Shown one piece after another: positions 10,682-19,600 of a stretch of 47,010 nt of DNA. Position numbers and translations under genes: made by a program. How positions within the stretch are numbered: the first letter of the stretch is position 1; every line of letters starts with the position of its first letter. Under the pieces are notes generated by a model that searched no databases, had not been told where the DNA came from, and was given only the letters and a program-made list of their open reading frames with translations. The DNA is from an uncultured Clostridia bacterium (GTDB lineage: Bacteria > Bacillota > Clostridia > TANB77 > CAG-508): contig CALXRH010000063.1 in the NCBI GenBank assembly GCA_944390625.1, positions 1 through 47,010 of the forward strand, written 5' to 3'.

Positions 10682-12068
10682 ATGAAACAAAAATTAAAAC
10701 AAAAATTATTTTGTATTTTATGTTTATTGGTTGTTTTGATATACTTGCTTCCAAATGATTATTACCTTTTTGGACAAGTTTTCCGGTTTCCATACAGTAA
10801 CTTTGTATGATCGAGCAGGTGGTGTACATAGTGATGTAGAAGTTCCTGATGCAGGAGATGCCATTGAAGTCCCACAAGATATGCCACAAAGTGCAGCAAC
10901 TTATGAAAGTGAAGATGTAACTTGGGCGAGTGGCACGACACAAGCATCTTTAAATAGTATGTGGAATAGTCAGGGAAAACCACATAGTGATGAACATTGG
11001 GCCTATATCACAGTTGGAGGACAAGAAAGATATATGGTAGCTTTAGTGCCTACCTATGGACTACCAGGTGATTATGTGGACATTTATGTAACAAATAATG
11101 GAACGGAAACCGTATATCCATGTATTATTGGAGATTCAAAAGATATTTGGGTAGATGTCGGCTATTCTTGGACAGATGGCGTTGTTTATGGTCATGAATC
11201 TGGAGGACAATGTAATATTGTTGAAGTAATGAGCGAATTATCAAATAATTCATCTGATTGGCCAATTATAGGTGGAACAGGCTTATTAGATCGCTTAAAA
11301 GGTGTTACCAAAATTGTTAATGGAGGCAATATTAGTCAATATCCAGATGGACCGGTTGGATTAGATGGAAATTATAACACAAAATCAAGTGGTAGTGTAG
11401 ACTCTGAATCAGGGACAATTGCTGGTGCCATTGGATCTTTATTTAGAAGTTTCTGGGTTTTTCTTTCTACGGTATTTGATAATCTTACACAAGGAAGAGA
11501 TGATGCAACAGTACTATATAGTTTTAAAGACGATGAAGAAGGTTCCGATTATAGCATTTCACCTGGGGGAATACAAACACAAGAAGAGGCTACTGAATTA
11601 CAAAATCTTATTGAGCAACAATGGTTACATACCCAAGTTCACTCTAATGGAGAGTATCAAAATGGACCATTTGCCAAATATTGGAGCAAACCATATAATT
11701 TATTAACACCATTTCAATGCACCTGGTGGGCAAATGGAAGAGCAAGTATGTATTTAGAGTTATATGGTACAAAATACAAAAAATATCCAACACAAATGGG
11801 AAATGGTGGAGAATATTATGCAATCAATCAAGAAAATGGCTGGTTTGAATATGGGCAAACACCAAGGCCTAATTCGATTATTTCCTGGTCTGGAGGTAGT
11901 GGATATGGACATGTAGCTTATGTAGAAGGAGTAACAACAGATGGTATATGGATATCAGATGCAGGAAGTGGTAAATCATGGAGAGGTGTTCATAAAATAG
12001 GGTTAGATGGACATGAATTTGATGGTTATTCTTTAAATGGATATATATACTTGGATTCACCAAAATAA
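10682..12068 (+). CDS. Secreted bifunctional-looking cell-wall hydrolase: N-terminal 3D/DPBB-like domain (inferred) plus C-terminal CHAP amidase/peptidase. It needs a +1 frame change at the in-frame CGG at 10784-10786.
   Basis: A strong RBS aaaggagg precedes the ATG at 10682, which encodes signal anchor MKQKLKQKLFCILCLLVVLIYLL. That frame stops at 10808-10810. The track ORF 10755..12068 lacks an RBS and a signal peptide. The join is ..LFGQVF|GFHTVTLYD... CHAP motifs are FQCTWWANGRA and GYGHVAYVEG. Confidence 0.75.
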
Positions 12069-12083
12069 TTTTAGGAGAAGTTT

Positions 12084-13061
12084 ATGAAAAATATAAAAAG
12101 AATCATTTTAGTGTTAATTATGATATTAATTGGTTTAATAATTGCGATATTTGTTTTAGTAAAAAATTCACCAATGGAAGAAAGAGAACCAACAGCAGAA
12201 AATGAAAATGTGAGCAATTCTACGGAAAATAGTACTAGTAATGCAACAGATACAAACACGACTAATACTACCAATACCACAAATGACAGTCTATTAGATG
12301 ATAATATGCCACAAGATACATTGGTAGAGCGTAATTCTTATATAGCAAAATCAACAAATGACTATGTCTTTTTCTCTATTGATGATTATATTAATACATT
12401 TTTTACCTATATAAAAAATCATCAAGATAATGAGGCTTTAAATTTATTGCAAGATAGAAATACCACAAATATTATTAATATTTCTCGTAATATTTCTAAA
12501 TGGTATTCACAAGAAATGTATCAATATGAGGGAGAAAGAAATTTTACTTATTATATTAGAGGAATTTTAGTAAATGGAGAGGAAACCAAATTTGATGAAT
12601 ATTATGTCAAATTTACAATTGATTATACCAATGAAACGTTTGATATGTTATTTTTAACCAACCAAGAATACCAACAAACCATACAAAATACGAGCCAAAA
12701 TTTTATACAAGATAGAGAAATTAGTAAAAATGATTATAATCAATATAAAGAAAACGATTTGTCAGTAGAAGAATTTTGTGAAAGATATAGAAATGATTTT
12801 ATCTTTAAATTAAAATATAATGTAGATCTAGCGTATAATCTATTAGATGAGGAATACAAAAGAAATCAATTTAATAATGATATAGAAGCTTTTAAACAAT
12901 ATGTAGAACAAAATAAAGAAAGCTTATATACTAGCAATGTGCAAGAATGTCAACAAGAAATAGAAAATGAATTTATCGTCTTATCCATAAAAAGTGAAAA
13001 TAAGATATATCAAATAAAACGAACAGCTTTAATGGAATATACAGTAGCCATAGATGAATAA
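12084..13061 (+). CDS. TM-anchored hypothetical protein, paralog of 9298..10638
   Basis: RBS taggagaag, N-terminal TM, N/T-rich linker, and conserved blocks NLLDEEYKRNQF and RTALMEYTVAID. Confidence 0.55.
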   Translation: MKNIKRIILVLIMILIGLIIAIFVLVKNSPMEEREPTAENENVSNSTENSTSNATDTNTTNTTNTTNDSLLDDNMPQDTLVERNSYIAKSTNDYVFFSIDDYINTFFTYIKNHQDNEALNLLQDRNTTNIINISRNISKWYSQEMYQYEGERNFTYYIRGILVNGEETKFDEYYVKFTIDYTNETFDMLFLTNQEYQQTIQNTSQNFIQDREISKNDYNQYKENDLSVEEFCERYRNDFIFKLKYNVDLAYNLLDEEYKRNQFNNDIEAFKQYVEQNKESLYTSNVQECQQEIENEFIVLSIKSENKIYQIKRTALMEYTVAIDE

Positions 13062-13097
13062 TCCGATTCATAGAAAAAGGAAGGAGGGCATATAGCT

Positions 13098-14774
13098 TTG
13101 GAAAAAGTAAAAAAAGTATTCGTTATTTTCATAGGAATGTTTTTGGCTATATGCCAAATAAATTCTAAAGTTAATGCATATACTTTAGAGGAAGTCAAAG
13201 AGAAGATTGACTTTAAAATAGTACAAGAAGATGGGGAGCCTGAGAATTATGATGTATTAATTGATGCTAATGATTTAATAAGCTCAGAAAAACTACCTTG
13301 TATCGAAAGCTCTTTAGATACTGTTTTATATGGTGATGCCGATTTCCTTGATTTACTAGATATAGACTTTTTAAATATTAATTCATCCAATGAAAATAAA
13401 ATTTGGACGAAATTAAGTGAAATTGTAAGAAGTTTTTTTAGAGTATTTTATTACATTGGGTTAGCAGCTATGCTTACTTTGTTAATCTATTTAGCAGTTA
13501 TTTTGGTTTATACCGGTATTTCGAAAAAAGAAAGTGTATTACCATTTGGAAAGGTTTTTAAAGGGGGAAAAGGGAAAAATCCACAAAAAGATTCACTAGA
13601 AAAAAGATTTATTGAACAATGGCTCATTTCATTTTTTATTTTAGTATGTTTGCCATATATATTAAATTTCGTAATTTTCTTTTCAAATTTTATTACGGAA
13701 ATTTCGGATCAATATGTAACAGAAGAAGCAGCAGGGAATTCTATTGTTGTATATGTTAAAAATTCAAAAGTAGGTACTAGTTCTACATCTATTTCTAATA
13801 TGGATTCTTTGGGTACGGTTTCTGTTTTAGATGGTACTGAAAGTGGAGAATTAAGACAAAAAGTAATTGATCAAGCAAATACCTTAAATAATTTGGGTGT
13901 TCCAGGAGGATATTGTGAGATGTGGGTGGAACATGTTTATGAAACAGCGCTAGGAAGAGAGATTCCAAATCAATGTTGTGCCCATAATGCGGGAATTAAT
14001 TCGATTGTTTCTACTAGTATGACAGACATTATACCTGGAGCAGCAGTATTTTCTTACAGAAGTTCTAGTGGAACAATCGATAGCTCCTGTGGGCAAGATG
14101 CAGGACATGTTGGTATTTATGTTGGAAATGGCCAAATTGTAAGTTGTACAGGAGGAGGAAGTACAGGAATTGTTGTTACGACATTAGAAGAATGGCAACA
14201 AAGTTGGGAATTTAGTGGATGGGGCTGGCTACCAGGGCTAGAAGATTTAGCAGATGGTGCTACACCGCTTAATTCCACTGTTACAACGATGAAAACTTCT
14301 TACATAGATTATTATTTTAAAACGAATTTAGAAGGTCTATTGATGTTTCAATCGCAATATGATTGGGAAGAATATGCGGTACAAAATGTTGTAAATATAA
14401 TAGCAGGAATTCTTATAACGATTTTTAAAATTTTCCTATATGGTATCCTGCTTGTTCGAATGGCTGTTGTTGCTATTTTGACGGTAATTGCACCAATATT
14501 AGTATTGATGAATGCTTTTATGAGAATAAATGGAAATAAAGAATTTTTGAAAAATTGGTTGATTGTGTATTTGTATTTTGCACTGTTAAGACCAGTCATT
14601 GCACTTATTTATTATATTTTAGCAAGAACGAATGTGTATGAAATAAGTGAAAGTCCATTTTATATTTTATTGATTATTATCCTGATGTTTATATTAATTA
14701 TTGCATCTCTTAAAAAAGTGTTTAAAAACTTTACAGATGCAAACAAGAAAAATATGGCAAATAAAAAGGTATAA
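13098..14774 (+). CDS. Polytopic VirB6-like membrane protein with an embedded NlpC/P60-like (papain-fold) peptidoglycan peptidase domain
   Basis: TTG start with RBS ggaggg. Signal peptide, LLDIDFLN motif and TM segments. The central domain has GGYCEMWVEHVY (candidate Cys) and DAGHVGIYVGNGQIVSC (His motif). A C-terminal TM bundle has LLVRMAVVAILTVIAPIL, as in the other three paralogs. Confidence 0.65.
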   Translation: MEKVKKVFVIFIGMFLAICQINSKVNAYTLEEVKEKIDFKIVQEDGEPENYDVLIDANDLISSEKLPCIESSLDTVLYGDADFLDLLDIDFLNINSSNENKIWTKLSEIVRSFFRVFYYIGLAAMLTLLIYLAVILVYTGISKKESVLPFGKVFKGGKGKNPQKDSLEKRFIEQWLISFFILVCLPYILNFVIFFSNFITEISDQYVTEEAAGNSIVVYVKNSKVGTSSTSISNMDSLGTVSVLDGTESGELRQKVIDQANTLNNLGVPGGYCEMWVEHVYETALGREIPNQCCAHNAGINSIVSTSMTDIIPGAAVFSYRSSSGTIDSSCGQDAGHVGIYVGNGQIVSCTGGGSTGIVVTTLEEWQQSWEFSGWGWLPGLEDLADGATPLNSTVTTMKTSYIDYYFKTNLEGLLMFQSQYDWEEYAVQNVVNIIAGILITIFKIFLYGILLVRMAVVAILTVIAPILVLMNAFMRINGNKEFLKNWLIVYLYFALLRPVIALIYYILARTNVYEISESPFYILLIIILMFILIIASLKKVFKNFTDANKKNMANKKV

Positions 14775-14857
14775 CATAGATAAAATTGTGATTTCCAAGC
14801 AAGTATATAGTAATAAAAAAAGTGTTAACTTCATACGATGAATAGGGGGGAACATAG

Positions 14858-15565
14858 ATGAATAAATTGAGATTATGGCTAAGCAGGAATGGGTTTAAAG
14901 TATTTTTAGTAGGACTTTTGATCGTAGTATTTTATATGCTAATAAGAAATACGAATCATTATTACGAGAATGAGACAGAACAAAATTTAGTAAATCAAAC
15001 AGAAGAAGAACAAACAGAACAAACAGAATCAACCAATCAAATAGAGCAAAATACAACTTCAAATGAGACAAGAAATGAAACAGTAGAAACTACCTCTATT
15101 CTTCAGGAAATCGACAGCTCGTCAGAAGAGTATCAAGATGTATCAAATGTTACACAAAAATTATTATTAACCATGTTTAAGGCAAAAACAAATAATGATG
15201 ATAATGCAAGACAAGAACTTTATAATTTGTTTTCAGATGAATTATTAGATGAAATTTTTAATGAAAATGGAGTAGCTACATCAACAGGAAATAGTATATT
15301 AAATTATATTTCCAATATTGACGATACCCAAAAATATTCGATTGCAAAAATTTGTAAATTTAGTGAAAATAATCATGTAGCAAGATATATGATAGAGCAA
15401 ATCTACCATGTATCAGAGGATAGAAGTATAGCTATTTACATGATTATGAATGTAGATTATAATAATCATACCTTTTCCTATGATGGTAATGTAAGTGAAT
15501 TTGGAAATGTAAAAGATGATAAGAAAATAGATGTGATTGAAAATAAGGGAAACAATACCTTTTAA
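14858..15565 (+). CDS. TM-anchored hypothetical protein (third partner-type protein of the module)
   Basis: RBS ggggggaac, N-terminal TM, E/T/N/Q-rich linker, and a small globular C-terminal domain. Confidence 0.5.
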   Translation: MNKLRLWLSRNGFKVFLVGLLIVVFYMLIRNTNHYYENETEQNLVNQTEEEQTEQTESTNQIEQNTTSNETRNETVETTSILQEIDSSSEEYQDVSNVTQKLLLTMFKAKTNNDDNARQELYNLFSDELLDEIFNENGVATSTGNSILNYISNIDDTQKYSIAKICKFSENNHVARYMIEQIYHVSEDRSIAIYMIMNVDYNNHTFSYDGNVSEFGNVKDDKKIDVIENKGNNTF

Positions 15566-15571
15566 GGTGAT

Positions 15572-15600
15572 TTGATATTCAAGAGAAAATATGGTATAAT
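15572..15600 (+). promoter_or_regulatory. Sigma-A type promoter (-35 TTGATA, 17-nt spacer, TGg-TATAAT extended -10)
   Basis: TTGATA at 15572-15577 and TATAAT at 15595-15600 with TG at 15592-15593. It lies directly upstream of the small ORF at 15635. Confidence 0.55.
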
Positions 15601-15634
15601 AAAAGTATCAATTCCCAATAAGGAGGGCAAAAAT

Positions 15635-15802
15635 ATGAGTGCAATATTAACAGTAATGTTGGTAGTTCTTATCGGTTATGCAGTGATTAAAGTTTTAACT
15701 GCGAAAGGAGAAGGTGTAGTAGACTTTCTGTTACCATGGCGGTCTTGGAAATGGTACGGATTGCTGATACTAAACCTAATCCTTGTAAGTATATTTGGAT
15801 AA
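15635..15802 (+). CDS. Small membrane peptide (55 aa in the zero frame). It contains the only in-frame CGG (15740-15742) not tied to an obvious frame break.
   Basis: RBS aaggaggg sits 7 nt upstream of the ATG. It has one clear TM (ILTVMLVVLIGYAVIKVL), its own promoter and its own terminator. A +1 shift at CGG would give a 43-aa product ending at 15767. Confidence 0.45.
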   Translation: MSAILTVMLVVLIGYAVIKVLTAKGEGVVDFLLPWRSWKWYGLLILNLILVSIFG

Positions 15803-15816
15803 GAAGAAAAGAAAAT

Positions 15817-15853
15817 CCTAGTGTTCTGTGTTTTTGAACGCTAGGTTTTTCTT
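15817..15853. terminator. Bidirectional intrinsic terminator between convergent genes
   Basis: Stem cctagtgttc / gaacgctagg (one G-U pair), followed by tttttctt on the + strand and preceded by an A-run. Confidence 0.65.
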
Positions 15854-15862
15854 AATTAAATT

Positions 15863-16591
15863 TTAAACTTTATCACTAAATAAAGAAATAAAACTTGACC
15901 ATATATTTTTCACAATATCTACCAAAATTCGAATGATATCATTGCTATTGTATAAATCGATGAGATAATTTCTAACAAATGGAATATGCCATAATATAAA
16001 GAAAACAACAATAAGAAAAAGAATGGCTAAAACAGCTGCAAAAAATGTTCTTATTTTTTCTTTAAAAGGTCTTTCATATTTAATTTGATAACCCATATTT
16101 TTTAAACTATTGATATATGCTTCATTATAAGCATTATTATAAGCATTGTTATAGGCTTCGTTAATTACTCTATTATATTCCTCTTGTCTATCAAAATCAT
16201 CATAATCGTTTGATGTAATATTCAAAGGATTTTTAATTACTCTTTTTTGCATGGTTGAATTTGGATTATGATTTTGAGTGTTACTTTGGGAATGATTATT
16301 TTTACTACTATGCACATCATTTCCGGTATTTTTTTTCATAGAGTCGAATTTTAATTGTTCTTCTTTCATTTTTTGCATTTTTAATTGCTTATCATAATTT
16401 TCTTTTTTTTGCTGATTGGATAAAATATCATAGGCTTCGTTAATTATTTTTATTTTGTTTTCTGCTTCTTGCTTTTTTTCAGTTGGTTGTAAATCGGGAT
16501 GATATTTTTTCACTAAAGCTTTATAAGCTTTTTCAATAACTTCTGAAGAAGCGTTTTCCGATACTTCTAATATTTCATAATAGTTTTTCAT
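15863..16591 (-). CDS. J-domain (DnaJ-like) protein with a C-terminal TM segment
   Basis: [25 protein letters not shown] with the HPD motif. C-terminal hydrophobic stretch [19 protein letters not shown]. Confidence 0.8.
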   Translation of the reverse strand: MKNYYEILEVSENASSEVIEKAYKALVKKYHPDLQPTEKKQEAENKIKIINEAYDILSNQQKKENYDKQLKMQKMKEEQLKFDSMKKNTGNDVHSSKNNHSQSNTQNHNPNSTMQKRVIKNPLNITSNDYDDFDRQEEYNRVINEAYNNAYNNAYNEAYINSLKNMGYQIKYERPFKEKIRTFFAAVLAILFLIVVFFILWHIPFVRNYLIDLYNSNDIIRILVDIVKNIWSSFISLFSDKV

Positions 16592-16624
16592 TCCAATTCT
16601 CCTAATTTTTTATTTCTATTATAT

Positions 16625-19600
16625 CTAATTTTCTTGTTTAAGTTTAACTTTATTGTCAGTCAATACCTCATTTTCCTTATCGATAGCCTTTTTCTCATTT
16701 TGTTTCAATTTCAAATTATCTTTAGCCACTGTCATTAAAAGTTTAATGCGGTTAGCTTGGTTGGTTTCACTTGCTCCAGGGTCATAATCAACAGGAGCAA
16801 TATTGGCAAGAGGGTATTTACTACGAATGGTTTTAATAACACCTTTACCAACAACATGGTTTGGAAGGCAAGCAAAAGGTTGAACACATACAATATTTGG
16901 AATATCATTTTCAATATATTCAATCATTTCGGCTGTTAAGAACCAACCTTCACCAGTTTGATTTCCAATCGATAAAATATCTTTTACTTTATCTTCTAAA
17001 TGCCAAATATCGCAAGGTGGTAAATAATTTTTATGGGATTTAGCTAAAGCAATTTTCGTATCTTTTTCTACTAAATCAATTAAGTTTAAAGCAACTTTAC
17101 TAACGGCACTTGAAATTTTATTACTATTTAGTAAGGAATGGAAAGTAATTCTATGGGTTGCCATAAATTTAATAAATCCCATAAAATCAGGTAAAACAAC
17201 TTCTGCACCTTCTTTTTCCAGTAAATCTACCACATAGTTATTGCCAAATGGATGATATTTAATTAAAATTTCTCCAACAATTCCAACTCTTGGTTTTTCT
17301 TTTGTCATGTCAACTTCAATTTTTTCAAAATCATCTACCATATCATAGATAGCTTGTTTGAATTCTTTGTTGGTACAACTAGCAACTAATTTTTTCGATT
17401 TTTCCATCCAAGAGTTAAATACTTTATCTGTATCACCTTTATGTATTTCATAAGCTCTATTTTTATGAAGCATTTTTTGCAATAAATCTCCTAATAATAC
17501 GGCTTTAATAAGTTTGTCAATAAGCTTTGGAGTAAGCTTAAAGCCAGGCATTTTTTCCATACCAACTACATTAAGAGATATGACAGGAACCTGTTCAAAT
17601 CCAGCATCTTTTAAGGCTTTACGAATAAATCCGATATAATTGGTTGCTCTGCATCCTCCACCGGTTTGTGACATGATTAAAGCAGTTTTATTAACATCAT
17701 ATTTTCCAGATTCTAATGCTTCAATCATTTGACCAGTAACTAATATGGAAGGATAACAAGCATCATTATTGACATATTTTAAACCAGTTTCTACGGTATG
17801 CTGGGTACATTCTCTTAAAAGTTCCATATGATAACCACAAGAGTTTACGGCAGGTTCTAATAGTTCAAAGTGAATTGGTATCATCATTGGGATTAAAATA
17901 GTATAATCTTTTCTCATTTCTTTGGTAAAGATTTTTTTATGGATTTCATAATTTCCTTCTTGTTTTTCCTTATTTCGTTTATTCATACTAGCAAGAAGGG
18001 AACGAATACGAATTTTAACAGCTCCTAAATTATTTACTTCATCAATTTTGATTAAAGTATACATTTTATTATAGCTTTTTAAAATTTCTTCTACTTGGTC
18101 TGTTGTTACAGCATCTACCCCACAACCGAAAGAGTTTAATTGAACAAGTTCTAAGTTGTCATGTTTTCCAACAAAATCAGCTGCTGCATATAATCTAGAA
18201 TGGAACATCCATTGGTCCACAACGCGAAGAGGTCTTTTAATGTCTACTTGGTTGGAGATACTATCTTCGGTAAGAACCGCTAAGCCTAGGGAGGTAATTA
18301 AAGTGTCAATTCCATGGTTGATTTCAGGGTCTACATGATAAGGACGTCCTGCTAGTACAATTCCTTTTAAATTATTTTCTTTTAGGTAACGAACGGTTTC
18401 CATCCCTTTATCTTGAATATCTTTTTTACATTTATGATATTCTGTCTCTGCCTTTTGAGCAGCATCGGTTAATTCTTGTTTGGTAAAGTTGTATTCTTTA
18501 AATTCATCTAATTCTAACATCTTTTTCACTAGATTTGGTGTGTCAAAAGGTAGGAATGGATTGATGAATTTTATGCCAGGTTTTTTTAGGTTTTCTACAT
18601 TATTTTTTAATACCTCTGAATAAGAAATAACAATTGGGCAATTGTATTTGTTATCTGCTTTTTCAAATTCTTTTCTAGAAAATGGCATACAAGGATAAAA
18701 AATGGTTTTAATTCCTTGTTCTAGTAAGCTTTCAATATGACCGTGAGAAAGTTTAGCAGGATAACATACCGATTCTGATGGCATGGATTCCATTCCTTTT
18801 TCATAGGTTTTACGTGTACTTTTTTCAGAGATGATAACACGAAACCCTAAATTCGTTAGGAACGTAAACCAAAATGGATAATCTTCATACATATTTAAAA
18901 CTCTAGGGATACCAATGGTTCCGCGAGTTGCATATTGTTCTTCTAAAGGTTTATAGTCAAAAATTCTTTCATATTTATATTTCACCAAATTTGGAAGATT
19001 TTTGTGTTCTGATACAATACCTGCTCCTTTTTCACAGCGGTTTCCAGAGATATAGCGTTTTCCGTTACTAAATGTATTAATGGTAAGTTTACAATGATTT
19101 TCACATCCATTACATCTGGTATGAGTTATTTTGATATCTAATTTATCTAAATCTTCTGGCTTTGTTAGAGTAGAATAATATTCCATATCTAAATTGGTTT
19201 CATATTGTTCTTTAGCAATTAAGGCCATTCCGTAAGCTCCCATAAGACCTGCTATATCGGATCTTATGGCATTTTTACCAACGATTTTTTCAAAAGCGCG
19301 AAGAACAGCATCATTGTAAAAGGTGCCACCTTGCACGACTATTTTTTCGCCAAGTGTATTAAAATCCCTTATTTTCATAACTTTTTGCAAAGCATTTTTG
19401 ATCACAGAATAGGAAAGACCACTTGAAATATCGCCAACGGTATAACCCTCTTTTTGTGCCTGCTTAATTTTAGAGTTCATAAATACGGTGCACCTAGAAC
19501 CTAAATCTACAGGTCTTTTGGATTCTAAGGCTTGTTTTACAAATTCTGAAATTTCTAGATTTAAGCTTTTAGCAAATGTTTCGATAAAGGAACCACAGCC

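Larger units (their letters stand above)
1..15853 (+). mobile_element. Partial conjugative element (ICE or integrated plasmid-like), type IV secretion/mating-channel module. The left end lies outside the window; the right end is provisionally the terminator at 15817-15853.
   Basis: Twelve co-directional, tightly packed genes. The order VirB4-like ATPase, then VirB6-like polytopic proteins, then peptidoglycan hydrolases matches Gram-positive conjugation modules (Tn916 orf16-orf13, ICEBs1 conE-conG-cwlT, pCW3 tcpF-tcpH-tcpG). No integrase, relaxase or att repeats are visible, so the boundaries are inferred. Confidence 0.6.

Noticed and set aside
10518-10983. Minus-strand ORFs of 141 aa and 73 aa, and the + strand alternative-frame ORF 11419..11706
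   Set aside because: They overlap the ends of ORF 9298 and the CHAP gene in other frames. They have no RBS or recognisable domains.
1-15853. Prophage interpretation of the hydrolase-rich region
   Set aside because: There are no capsid, portal, terminase, tail or holin-like genes. The VirB4-like ATPase and the VirB6-like polytopic proteins point to conjugation.
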